Positions 32,072-41,276 of a stretch of DNA of 64,000 nucleotides are shown here, piece by piece. Position numbers and translations under genes: made by a program. The notes below the pieces were generated by a model that was given only the letters and a program-made list of their open reading frames with translations, did not search any database and was not told where the DNA came from. Source of the stretch: an uncultured Actinomycetes bacterium (lineage in GTDB: Bacteria; Actinomycetota; Acidimicrobiia; Spongiisociales; DATADW01); contig CAWGRK010000006.1 of NCBI GenBank assembly GCA_963824995.1, forward strand, positions 442,273 through 506,272, read 5' to 3'. Each line of letters opens with the position of its first letter. Positions within the stretch are counted from its first letter, which is position 1.

Positions 32072-33925
32072 TCAGCCGGCCGGGACGGGCTCTAGTTCGG
32101 TGAGCATCAGGATCCCGGTCATGTTCCAGTAGTTGTTCCAGGTCACGGGGAGGTAGTTGTTCTCACCCTCCGCCGACGGCCAGTTGGTCCAGGCCGTGGT
32201 GTTGGCCTGCGACCAAGCGCCGTTGTACCAGAGCGGTATCAACGGCAGTTCGGTGAGATGGATCCTCTGCAACTCCGACGAGATCCTGCGGACCGCCTCC
32301 ACGTCGTCCTTCGGGGTGCGGTCGAGTTCCTGAACCAGCGCCCAGGCCTCCTCGTTCTCGTACCGACCGAAGTTCGAGCTGACCTGCTGCTCGTCGATCG
32401 GCAGCGAGAAGATGTAGTCGTAGTAGGCCCACGGCGTGCTACCCATCTGCCGGTCGTTGTTGATCACCATGTCGAAGTTGCCGCTGTTGCGGGCATCGAG
32501 CAGCGCGGTGAAGTCGGGGAATTCGGGCACGACGTTTATCCCCACTGCCTGAGCACCCTCGGAAACCACCCGGATCGACTCCATCCAGTCGGTCCACCCG
32601 TTGGGCACGATCAGCGTCAACTCGATGGGCGACCCATCGGGCATCTCAACGAAGCCATCACCGTCGCTATCGGCGTAGCCCGCGTCGGCGAGCATGTCAC
32701 GCGCCAGGTCCGGGTCGTAGCTGTATCCGAGCTCGTCAACCACCTGTTGGTCGATGTACTCGTCCCAAACCGGCAACAGACCGGTCGGGTTGGCTGGTTC
32801 GACCATGTTCGAGTAGGGCCCGTTGACGATGCGACTGACGTCGATCGAGTTGGCCAGCGCCTTGCGGAAGGCGGGGTCGTCCATCGGCGGCTTGGTTGTG
32901 TTGAGCACGAGCCATGCCGTGTTCGCCGGGATCATGTACGGAGGTTCCGGGTAATAGGTGGACAGCCCGTAGCCCCCCTCGACCAGCGTCGAGATACCTG
33001 GTAGGAAGTTGTTGTTGAGGTCGATGTCACCCTGCAGTACCTGACCCAGGGCGACGTTGTTGCTGATGTTGACCAGGTCCACCACCCGCTCAGGGGCGAC
33101 CTCGAGATCGAGGATCTCCTGCCCCCACCAATCCGGGTTCTTGACCCAGACCATCCGGGTCTGGTCATGACTCTCGTACATGTATGCGCCCGAGCCAACG
33201 GGGTTCTCGTTGGCGCCCGTCGACACCTCTTCCTCGGTTCGCTCGGCCCAGATGTGTGCCGGGAGGATGGGCACGTCGTAGAGCCTCTCGCCCCATTGCT
33301 GGTACAACGGGTCCTGGAAGCTGAAGGTGACGGTCAGGTCGTCAACCGCCTCTACTCCAACCAGGGAGCCGCCGTTTGACTCCCACATGCCGCTGAAGCG
33401 GGTCGAGGGGTACTCGAGCAACTCGAACGTGGTCACCACGTCCTCGGAGGTGAGGGGCTCTCCATCGCTCCATGTGATCCCGTCGCGCAACGTGACCTGG
33501 TACTCCGTGTCGCTCGTCCAGTCACCGCTCTCCGCCAGCCAGGGGATGTACTCGTCGTTGAGCGGGTTGAACAGGAAGAGCGTCTCGTAGAGCAGACCCA
33601 GCGTGCCGGTCACGTAGTCGGGCCAGACCGGGTTCCAGTTGGCGGGGGGCCCCCATTGCTTCCCGCCGGTGTACAGCGTCGTCGCCCGATCGAAGCTGGC
33701 AGGCGCAGCCGATGGGGCAACCGTGGTCTCGGTGACCGGCGCCACCGTCGTTTCCGGAGCAGCCGCCGCAGTGGTTTCGGTGACAGGTGCAGCCGTCGTG
33801 GCCGGCGCTGCCGTTGTGGCCGGTTCGGCGGCTGCGGTGGTCACCGTTCCCGTGCCTCCGGTGCAAGCGGCTGCCACCAGCGCCAGCACCATCAGCAGTA
33901 GCCATGGCCTCAATCCCTTGCGCAT
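32072..33925 (-). CDS. family 5 ABC substrate-binding lipoprotein, probably for cello-/beta-oligosaccharides
   Basis: LVAAAC lipobox, Thr/Ala linker, YETLF..PWLAESG..WSDGEPLTSEDV, VPNGWTDW; located in a GH1/LacI locus. Confidence 0.88.
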   Translation of the reverse strand: MRKGLRPWLLLMVLALVAAACTGGTGTVTTAAAEPATTAAPATTAAPVTETTAAAAPETTVAPVTETTVAPSAAPASFDRATTLYTGGKQWGPPANWNPVWPDYVTGTLGLLYETLFLFNPLNDEYIPWLAESGDWTSDTEYQVTLRDGITWSDGEPLTSEDVVTTFELLEYPSTRFSGMWESNGGSLVGVEAVDDLTVTFSFQDPLYQQWGERLYDVPILPAHIWAERTEEEVSTGANENPVGSGAYMYESHDQTRMVWVKNPDWWGQEILDLEVAPERVVDLVNISNNVALGQVLQGDIDLNNNFLPGISTLVEGGYGLSTYYPEPPYMIPANTAWLVLNTTKPPMDDPAFRKALANSIDVSRIVNGPYSNMVEPANPTGLLPVWDEYIDQQVVDELGYSYDPDLARDMLADAGYADSDGDGFVEMPDGSPIELTLIVPNGWTDWMESIRVVSEGAQAVGINVVPEFPDFTALLDARNSGNFDMVINNDRQMGSTPWAYYDYIFSLPIDEQQVSSNFGRYENEEAWALVQELDRTPKDDVEAVRRISSELQRIHLTELPLIPLWYNGAWSQANTTAWTNWPSAEGENNYLPVTWNNYWNMTGILMLTELEPVPAG

Positions 33926-33996
33926 TGCGTCTCCTCCCTGGGCGGTTGCTCGCCCTCTTTCGTTCAATCACCCGTACATGGCGGGATCCCATTCCC

Positions 33997-35007
33997 TCAG
34001 CCGGCGTTCACACCTCCCACCGTCGATTGCCGGATCACCAACTCGGTTGGCAGGACCACACGGCGCGGCCCACCCTCCGGATCGCGTAGAAGCTCGAGAA
34101 GGGCCCTGGCCGCCTGCTCGCCCTGCAGTTGGACCCCCTGGCGGATGGTCGTCAGCGGGGGCTCGAGCTGGCTGGCGAATTCGAGGTCGTCGAAGCCGGC
34201 GAGTGCCACGTCTTCGGGTACTCGCAAACCTCGGATACCCAGCACGTCGAGGGCGCCGTGGGCCATGGCGTCATTTGCGCAGAAGATGGCGTCCACGCCG
34301 GCGTCGAGCAGCGCCGGTGCCATCGCCCGGCCGGAGGTCCGGTTGAACGAGCCTTCGACCACCAGCCCGTCTGTGGAGAGCTTGGCCCGTTCCATCGCAC
34401 GGCAATAGCCCATGAGCCGATCCTCGCCCGCCACGGTTCCGCGCCTGCCGGTGATGTGCCCGATCCTCTCCCGGCCGACCTGGACGAGATGGGTGGTGAT
34501 CGTGTCGGCAGCCTGGACGTTGTCGACGTCCACATAGCTGGCGGCGAGGTCGGCGCGCCGATGACCGACGAGTACGGTCGGCAGATCGGACCCGAGCAGC
34601 CCGTCCACCAGCGAGTCGTCGAGGTTGTCGGCGGTGACGATCACACCGTCGAGCAGCCCGATTCCGAGGATGGCGTCGAGTGTCTCCTCTTTGGAGCGGT
34701 TCCCCAACCACAGCATCATCCCGGCTGCCTGGTCGGCGAGGGCATCGCTCATCCCATGGAGAAGGAGGGCGAAATATGGGTCCTCGAACAGCAGACCGGC
34801 GGGCACGTGCATCACGACCCCCACGACCCCGGTGCGGCCCGAGGCCAAACTCCGGGCAGCCAGATTGGGTCGATAGTTCGAGCGGTCGAGGACTGCCTGG
34901 ACCCGCTGTCTCGTGCTCGCCGAGACGGGTCCACCGTTGATGACCCGGGACACGGTGGCTCGCGAGACACCGCTCATCTCCGCCACTTCATCAAGGGTCC
35001 TGCCCAA
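33997..35007 (-). CDS. LacI family transcriptional regulator (CebR/CelR-like)
   Basis: TLDEVAEMSGVSRATVSRVIN, VPEDVALAGFDD, PPLTTIRQ. Confidence 0.94.
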   Translation of the reverse strand: MGRTLDEVAEMSGVSRATVSRVINGGPVSASTRQRVQAVLDRSNYRPNLAARSLASGRTGVVGVVMHVPAGLLFEDPYFALLLHGMSDALADQAAGMMLWLGNRSKEETLDAILGIGLLDGVIVTADNLDDSLVDGLLGSDLPTVLVGHRRADLAASYVDVDNVQAADTITTHLVQVGRERIGHITGRRGTVAGEDRLMGYCRAMERAKLSTDGLVVEGSFNRTSGRAMAPALLDAGVDAIFCANDAMAHGALDVLGIRGLRVPEDVALAGFDDLEFASQLEPPLTTIRQGVQLQGEQAARALLELLRDPEGGPRRVVLPTELVIRQSTVGGVNAG

Positions 35008-35041
35008 GGCCTCCCCCGCCGTAAGGAAACGGTGCTTCGGT

Positions 35042-35055
35042 TGGAAGCGCTCTCA
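35042..35055. promoter_or_regulatory. CebR/CelR-like LacI operator 1
   Basis: TGGAAGCGCTCTCA versus the known cellobiose operator TGGGAGCGCTCCCA; abuts the -10 of the lacI promoter. Confidence 0.8.
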
Positions 35056-35082
35056 CTATATCGTTGAGATCCGCTCTGTCAA
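35055..35082 (-). promoter_or_regulatory. sigma70-type promoter for the lacI-ABC operon
   Basis: Minus strand TTGACA-N16-TATAGT. Confidence 0.7.
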
Positions 35083-35114
35083 TCAAAACTGGGTGGTATG
35101 TTGGCGCAGTTGTC

Positions 35115-35128
35115 TGGAAACGCTCTCA
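35115..35128. promoter_or_regulatory. CebR/CelR-like LacI operator 2
   Basis: TGGAAACGCTCTCA (13/14 identical to operator 1), just upstream of the GH1 RBS. Confidence 0.75.
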
Positions 35129-35142
35129 AAGGGAGGCTCATA

Positions 35143-36468
35143 GTGAGCAGAAAGTTCCCCCCCGACTTCATCTGGGGGGCGGCCACCGCCTCCTATCAGA
35201 TCGAAGGTGCGGCTGACGCCGATGGCCGCGGTGAGAGCATCTGGGACCGGTTCGCCCACACCCCGGGACGGGTACGCGACGGGCACACCGGCGATGTCGC
35301 CTGCGACCACTACAACCTCTATCGCGAGGACGTAGCTCTCATGGTCGAGTTGGGTCTCAACGCCTACCGGTTCTCGGTCGCCTGGCCGAGAGTCATCCCC
35401 AACGGCAGAGGAGAGATCAACGCCGCCGGGCTCGACTTCTACGACCGGCTGGTTGACGAACTACTCGCCAACGGAATCGAACCGTTCATGACCCTCTACC
35501 ACTGGGACCTGCCACAGGTGCTCGAGGACGCCGGGGGCTGGCCGGTGCGCGCCACGGCAGAAGCCTTCGTCGAGTACGCCTCGGTCGTGGCTGGCAGGTT
35601 GGGAGACCGCGTCCGCCACATCGTCACCCACAACGAGCCACACGTCGTCTCCAACCACGGCTACCGGGCGGGAGAGCACGCCCCGGGACGCACCGATTCG
35701 AACGCAGCGGTAGCCGCGGCACATCACCTGCTCGTCGGGCACGGTCTCGCGGTTGAGGCGATCAGGGCGGCGGCCCCGCAAGCTCAGGTCGGGATCGTGC
35801 TCAACTTCACACCCAAGCACCCTGCCACCCTCCATCTACTCGATCAGGAGGCGGCAGCGGTGGCCAACGACCAGGAGAACCGCTGGTACCTCGATCCGCT
35901 GACGGGGCGCGATTACCCGGCGGACGGGCTCCGTGACTGGGGATGGGACCGCAGCGAGATCCTCGACGGCGACATGGAGTTGATCGCCAGCCCGATCGAC
36001 TTTCTCGGGGTCAACTACTACACCAGGAACTGGGTACGGTCTCCGCTCCTCCCCGCCGTGGAGCAGGATGAGATCGAGCGGACTTTGATGGGGTGGGAGG
36101 TCTACCCGGAGGGACTCACCGAGGTCCTCGAGTTCGTCGCTTCGCGAACGGGAGACCTGCCCCTCTTCATCACCGAGAACGGCGCCGCCTACCCGGCCGA
36201 CGAAGCCGTGCCCACCAAGGACCCGAAGCGGGTCAGCTATCTGCGCAGCCACCTTGGCGCCGCCCTGGATGCGATCGAGCGGGATGTCCCTTTCCGCGGC
36301 TACTTCGTCTGGTCGCTCTTGGACAACTTCGAGTGGTCACACGGTTTCCACCAGCGGTTCGGCATCGTCCACGTCGATTACGACACCCTCGAGCGCAAGG
36401 TGCGAGACAGTGGGCGGTTCTGGAGCGAAGTGGCGCGCAGCGGGGAGTTCACCCCAGCGTCGAGATGA
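35143..36468 (+). CDS. GH1 beta-glucosidase
   Basis: WGAATASYQIEG, TLYHWDLPQ, THNEP (acid/base), ITENG (nucleophile), WSLLDNFEW. Confidence 0.96.
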   Translation: MSRKFPPDFIWGAATASYQIEGAADADGRGESIWDRFAHTPGRVRDGHTGDVACDHYNLYREDVALMVELGLNAYRFSVAWPRVIPNGRGEINAAGLDFYDRLVDELLANGIEPFMTLYHWDLPQVLEDAGGWPVRATAEAFVEYASVVAGRLGDRVRHIVTHNEPHVVSNHGYRAGEHAPGRTDSNAAVAAAHHLLVGHGLAVEAIRAAAPQAQVGIVLNFTPKHPATLHLLDQEAAAVANDQENRWYLDPLTGRDYPADGLRDWGWDRSEILDGDMELIASPIDFLGVNYYTRNWVRSPLLPAVEQDEIERTLMGWEVYPEGLTEVLEFVASRTGDLPLFITENGAAYPADEAVPTKDPKRVSYLRSHLGAALDAIERDVPFRGYFVWSLLDNFEWSHGFHQRFGIVHVDYDTLERKVRDSGRFWSEVARSGEFTPASR

Positions 36469-36538
36469 CTGCCTGACGCCGAATCGGGCCCCGGCTGGGC
36501 AGTTACCATCGCCGCCCGATCCAAGGAGCGATCCATCG

Positions 36539-37297
36539 ATGCAGGTGGTGGTGTGCGTCAAGCAGATCCCGGACCCGGCAAGCCCCTCGAGGCTCGACCC
36601 TGAGACCCATCTCCTGGTCAGACCGAACGAACAGGTGCTCGATGACACCGACCGCTACGGGGTGGAGATGGGTCTGCAACTGGCGGCCGCCACCGAGGGC
36701 ACCCTCACCCTGCTGAGCATGGGCCCGGCGGGATCGCTGCAGGGGATCCGCCAGGCGCTGGCGATGGGTGCCGACAAGGCTGTGGTGATAGACGATGAGG
36801 CGTTGAAGGGAGCCGACGCCCTGACCACCGCCAGGGTGCTCGCCGCTGCGGCGCAGCGTGAGGGATTCGACGTGCTGATCGCAGGCACCGAGTCGACCGA
36901 CGGATACTCGGGTGTCGTCCCCCAGCAGGTGGCCGAGTTGCTCGACGTACCCGCTCTCACCTACGCCAACCACGTCGAGGTCGATGGCGAGACGGTCCGG
37001 ATCCACCGCCAGACCGATCGCGGCTACGACGTCGTCGAGGCCTCCACCCCCGCCCTGGTCTCGGTGACTGCCGGGGTGGTCGAGCCGAGGTACCCGACCT
37101 TCAAGGGGATCATGGACGCCAAGAAGAAGCCGATCGACCAGCTCGTCGCTGCCGACCTCGGTGCCGAGATCGACGTCGGCCAAGAGGTCGTCGGGGTGTC
37201 GGCGGCGCCGGAACGGGAGGCGGGCGAGAAGATCGACGACAGCGGCGATGCCCATCTCCGGATCGTCGAGTTGTTGGAACGGGCGAAGGTGATCTGA
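36539..37297 (+). CDS. etfB: electron transfer flavoprotein beta subunit
   Basis: MQVVVCVKQIPDP, ALAMGADKA, EPRYPTFKGIMDAKKKP. Confidence 0.95.
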   Translation: MQVVVCVKQIPDPASPSRLDPETHLLVRPNEQVLDDTDRYGVEMGLQLAAATEGTLTLLSMGPAGSLQGIRQALAMGADKAVVIDDEALKGADALTTARVLAAAAQREGFDVLIAGTESTDGYSGVVPQQVAELLDVPALTYANHVEVDGETVRIHRQTDRGYDVVEASTPALVSVTAGVVEPRYPTFKGIMDAKKKPIDQLVAADLGAEIDVGQEVVGVSAAPEREAGEKIDDSGDAHLRIVELLERAKVI

Positions 37298-37298
37298 G

Positions 37299-38258
37299 AT
37301 GGCGTTGTCAGCCGTCTGGGCTTTCGTCGAGGAGACCGAAGGCGCGCCCGGCGCGCTGGGGCTCGAGTTGCTCACCAAGGCATCCGAGCTGGGCGACGAG
37401 GCGGCGGCGGTATACCTGGGCGCCGGGTCGGATGAGGCGTTCGCCGTGCTCGGGGCCCACGGCGCCAAGCGCGTCTTCCACATCGAGACCGGGGACTCGC
37501 TCCCGGCCGCACCCGCGGCCGCTGCGATCGCCGGGCTGATCGAGCAACACGACCCGGACCTGGTCCTCTTCGGCCAGTCGTACACCGACCGGGACGTCGC
37601 CGGCCGGCTTTCCGCCCGGTTGAGCCGCTCGGTCGTCTCCAACGCGGTCGATGTCACCCAGGGCGACGACGGCCTCACCGTCACCAACGAGATCTTCGGC
37701 GGCACCCAACTGGTGACGACCAGGTTCACCGGGGAGGCGCCCTACCTGGTGGTGGTGCGCCCCAAGTCGTTCCCCGCCCAGGCTGGCGAGGCCGCCGCAC
37801 CTGAAGTCGTTCCCGTGGACCTCCCAGAAGCCGGCCGCTCGGGCGGGCGGATCGCGGAGAGCCATGTCGAGGAGCGCGAGGGTCCCCAACTCGAGGATGC
37901 GGCCGTGGTGGTGACCGGCGGGAGGGGGCTCGGCTCGGCAGAGGGCTACCAGTTGATCGAGGACCTGGCCAAGGTGCTTGGCGCCGCCAGCGGCGCCACC
38001 CGGGCAATCGTCGACTCCGGATGGGTCCCGTACGCCAAGCAGGTGGGGCAGACCGGCAAGACGGTCAAGCCAGACGTCTACATAGCAGCCGGCGTCTCTG
38101 GGGCGATGCAGCATCTCGTCGGGATGAAGGACTCCAAGCTCATCGTGGCGATAAACAAGGACCCAGAGGCCCCCATATTCGGCATCGCCGATCTCGGGGT
38201 TGTGGGTGACGTCCACAAGGTCGTCCCCAAGCTGATCGAGGCACTGGGACAGCGCTGA
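37299..38258 (+). CDS. etfA: electron transfer flavoprotein alpha subunit
   Basis: [41 protein letters not shown]. Confidence 0.96.
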   Translation: MALSAVWAFVEETEGAPGALGLELLTKASELGDEAAAVYLGAGSDEAFAVLGAHGAKRVFHIETGDSLPAAPAAAAIAGLIEQHDPDLVLFGQSYTDRDVAGRLSARLSRSVVSNAVDVTQGDDGLTVTNEIFGGTQLVTTRFTGEAPYLVVVRPKSFPAQAGEAAAPEVVPVDLPEAGRSGGRIAESHVEEREGPQLEDAAVVVTGGRGLGSAEGYQLIEDLAKVLGAASGATRAIVDSGWVPYAKQVGQTGKTVKPDVYIAAGVSGAMQHLVGMKDSKLIVAINKDPEAPIFGIADLGVVGDVHKVVPKLIEALGQR

Positions 38259-38273
38259 CCGGATCGGGTCGGT

Positions 38274-39371
38274 CTATCCGATCTCGACCCTCGCACCCTC
38301 CGATGGCCGGACGGCGCGGGCCGTAGCCCTGATCCCGGTTTCGTCGCGATAGCGGGAGGCGATCCTCTCCCCCAACCCGTCGGCCGCATCGGCGTCCACC
38401 AACGCCACGATCGCTCCGCCGAAACCACCGCCGGTGAGCCGGGCGGCGACCGCCCCCTCATCAACGGCGATGTCAACCAGCAGGTCGATCTCGGGAAGCG
38501 ACACCTCGTAGTCGTCCCTGAGACTGGCGTGGCTCTCCTCGAAAAGCCTCCCCAGCACCCCCCGGGCCGGACCCGATTCGGCGGTCAGGGCACCCACCGC
38601 CCGGCGGACCCGGTCGTTCTCGCTGACCACGTGACGGACCCGGCGGTAGAGAAGGTCGGGTACGCCGGCAGGACGGTCCGGCAGATCTGCCGGTGACAGG
38701 TCCGATGGCCGGTCGATCCCCATGGCCTCGAGACCTTCCTCGAGTTGACTGCGCCGTTGGGCATAGCCCGATTGCTCGAGTTGCCTGGCGATGCCCGAAT
38801 CCACCACCAGCATCGCCATCGTCGGTGGCATGGGGACCAATCGGTACTCGAGCGACCCGCAGTCCAACATCACCGCCTGACCATCGCGGCCGAGAATCGA
38901 CGCCGCTTGGTCCATGACACCCACCGGCACCCCCACCGCCCGCTGCTCGGCGCGCTGACAGAGGAGGGCGAGCTCCATCGGGGCCGGATGGGCGTCGGCG
39001 GCGGCGCAAAGCACGTAGGCGACCGCGACCAGCAGTGCCGCCGACGAGGAGAGACCGGCGCCCTCTGGCAGGTCGGACACGATGGCGCCGTTGAAACCGA
39101 CGGGTGAGCGACCCCACTCGGCCAACTCGGCGACCACCGCTGCCACGTATCGCCCCCATCCAGCCTGTGGCGTTTCCCCCTCACCCGTTGCAGGCAGCCG
39201 AACCTCGCCGTCTTGGGTCTCGGATCGAAACGCAATCTCGTCGCCTCCCGGGTCGCCGACCACGGTCACTCCGAGGTCAATGGCCGTCGGGAGCACGAGA
39301 CCGCCGCTGTAGTCGGTGTGTTCGCCGATCAAGTTGACCCGCCCGGGGGCATGGGCGGAGATCGGTCCCAT
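38274..39371 (-). CDS. galK: galactokinase
   Basis: APGRVNLIGEHTDY, PEGAGLSSSAA, GVMDQ, ARLTGGGFGG. Confidence 0.93.
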   Translation of the reverse strand: MGPISAHAPGRVNLIGEHTDYSGGLVLPTAIDLGVTVVGDPGGDEIAFRSETQDGEVRLPATGEGETPQAGWGRYVAAVVAELAEWGRSPVGFNGAIVSDLPEGAGLSSSAALLVAVAYVLCAAADAHPAPMELALLCQRAEQRAVGVPVGVMDQAASILGRDGQAVMLDCGSLEYRLVPMPPTMAMLVVDSGIARQLEQSGYAQRRSQLEEGLEAMGIDRPSDLSPADLPDRPAGVPDLLYRRVRHVVSENDRVRRAVGALTAESGPARGVLGRLFEESHASLRDDYEVSLPEIDLLVDIAVDEGAVAARLTGGGFGGAIVALVDADAADGLGERIASRYRDETGIRATARAVRPSEGARVEIG

Positions 39372-39763
39372 CAGCCCCTCTCGAGGGTGAACCCGTGGGG
39401 GAGCAACTCCTCCAACGAGTGCTCCCTCGTCTCCCCGTCGCCGCCGCTGACCAATACACGGGGCACGCCGAACTCGAGCAGGATCTGCCTGCAGCGCCCA
39501 CATGGGTAGGCGGCGTCCACATTCGGTGCATCGATGCAGGCCACCGCCACGGCGCGGAATCGGCGTGCCCCGGCGGACACCGCCGCCCCGACCGCGGTGG
39601 CTTCGGCGCACGACGACGAAGGGTATGCGGCGTTCTCGACGTTGACGCCGGTGTACACGGTTCCGTCATCGGCGAGCAGTGCCGCCCCGACCCTGAACCC
39701 GGAGTAGGGGGCGTACGCCCGCTCGGCGGCGCGGCGGGCCTCGTCCACCAGTGGATCGGTCAT
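39371..39763 (-). CDS. cdd: cytidine deaminase
   Basis: AYAPYSGFRVGAAL, NVENAAY..CAE, PCGRCRQILLEF. Confidence 0.95.
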   Translation of the reverse strand: MTDPLVDEARRAAERAYAPYSGFRVGAALLADDGTVYTGVNVENAAYPSSSCAEATAVGAAVSAGARRFRAVAVACIDAPNVDAAYPCGRCRQILLEFGVPRVLVSGGDGETREHSLEELLPHGFTLERG

Positions 39764-40776
39764 GCCTCGACCAAGAGCGCATCCACGTAGGTGTCCGGCT
39801 GGAACCGGACCAGGTCGTCGACCCGCTCCCCCACCCCAACCAGCTTGACCGGGACACCCAGTTCCTGCTCGACCGCGATGGCGATTCCACCGCGGGCCGT
39901 CCCGTCCATCTTGGTGAGCACGATCCCGGTGATCCCAACCGTCTCTGCGAAGACCCGGGCCTGCGTCAGCCCGTTCTGACCTGCCGTCGCATCTAGAACG
40001 AGGAGCACTTCGTCGATCGACCCGGCCTCGCGTTGCAGCACCCTCACCACCTTGCCCAACTCCTGCATGAGGTTGTGCTTGGAGTGGAGCCTCCCCGCAG
40101 TGTCCACGACGAGCACGTCGGCTGCGCGTCCCTTGGCGGCGTTGTAGGCATCGAAGGCAACCGCTGCCGGGTCCGACCCTGGCTGACCCCCCACCACATC
40201 GACCCCCACCCTGTCGGCCCAGGTCCGCAATTGGGCGTCCGCGGCGGCGCGGAAGGTGTCGGCGGCGCCGAGGAGTGCCCGCCGTCCGTCGTTCTCGACG
40301 AGGGCGGCCAGCTTGGCGATCGTCGTGGTCTTGCCAACGCCGTTCACCCCGACCACGACGATGACCGAGGGCTTGGAGAGCAGCCTCAGGTCGCGATCGC
40401 CACTTTCGAGCGCGGCGAGCAACTCGGCCCGCACCGCCTCGAGCGCCGCCTGCGGGTCCTCCGGTCCCCTCTCCCGGGCCCGCTCCACCACACCCAGGCT
40501 GGGGGCGACCCCCACATCGGCGGCAATCAAGGCGTCCTCGACCTGTTGCCAGAAGCCGTCGTCCAGATCACTGCGACGGAAGACGTCACCGAAAGCATCC
40601 CCCAGCGCTCGGCTCGCCTTGGCCAGACCACCGGCCAGGCCAGCCCGCGGCTGTGCTGCTGCGGGCGCCGGCTCGGGTGCAGCCGGTCGCCGGCGGCGTC
40701 GCCAGACCAGGTACCCGACGATGACCACCGTCACCACCAGGGCGACGCCTGCCACGACGTAGAGGATGGGATCCAC
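39760..40776 (-). CDS. ftsY: SRP receptor FtsY with N-terminal TM helix
   Basis: GVNGVGKTTTIAKLA, DTFRAAA, DTAGRLH, TKMDGTARGG. Confidence 0.96.
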   Translation of the reverse strand: MDPILYVVAGVALVVTVVIVGYLVWRRRRRPAAPEPAPAAAQPRAGLAGGLAKASRALGDAFGDVFRRSDLDDGFWQQVEDALIAADVGVAPSLGVVERARERGPEDPQAALEAVRAELLAALESGDRDLRLLSKPSVIVVVGVNGVGKTTTIAKLAALVENDGRRALLGAADTFRAAADAQLRTWADRVGVDVVGGQPGSDPAAVAFDAYNAAKGRAADVLVVDTAGRLHSKHNLMQELGKVVRVLQREAGSIDEVLLVLDATAGQNGLTQARVFAETVGITGIVLTKMDGTARGGIAIAVEQELGVPVKLVGVGERVDDLVRFQPDTYVDALLVEA

Positions 40777-40858
40777 CGAGCGCCGAGTCTACGGAACACC
40801 GGCGCCCGTTCCTGGCGGGTAGGTGCATCATTGGCATCCACTTGCGACAAGGAGCAGC

Positions 40859-41269
40859 ATGAGTGTCTTCACGGCAGACGAGATCGAATACCTCGAGTCG
40901 AACACTCTGGGGAGGCTGGCCACCGTCGGCCCTGACGGCCAGCCACACGTCATTCCTCTGTCCTACCGCTTCAACCAGGACGAGGACACCATCGACCTCG
41001 GTGGCATCGCATTCGGCGAGGGGAAGAAGTGGCGCGACGCCGTCAACCATCCTCTTGTCACCTTCCTGGTGGACGACGCCGACTCCGAAGGGGCCCGGGC
41101 GGTCGAGGTCCGTGGGGCCGCCGAACTCCATGAAGAGGGTGGAGACTCGATCAACCCGCGGTTCCCCAACTTCGCCCCCGAGTGGCTCCGACTCCGCCCG
41201 ACCCACATCGTGAGCTGGGGTGTGGACGGCAGCGGGGAATTCAAGCCCTATTCACGCCCCGTGGAGTGA
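40859..41269 (+). CDS. PPOX-class F420-dependent oxidoreductase
   Basis: MSVFTADEIEYL..LGRLATVGPDGQPHVIP, VEVRGAAE, HIVSWG; AAGGAG RBS. Confidence 0.88.
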   Translation: MSVFTADEIEYLESNTLGRLATVGPDGQPHVIPLSYRFNQDEDTIDLGGIAFGEGKKWRDAVNHPLVTFLVDDADSEGARAVEVRGAAELHEEGGDSINPRFPNFAPEWLRLRPTHIVSWGVDGSGEFKPYSRPVE

Positions 41270-41276
41270 GCACGAG

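Noticed and set aside
33715..33845. Tandem-like repeats that might be a CRISPR array or VNTR
   Set aside because: They encode the Thr/Ala linker of the SBP; no constant repeat-spacer structure and no cas genes
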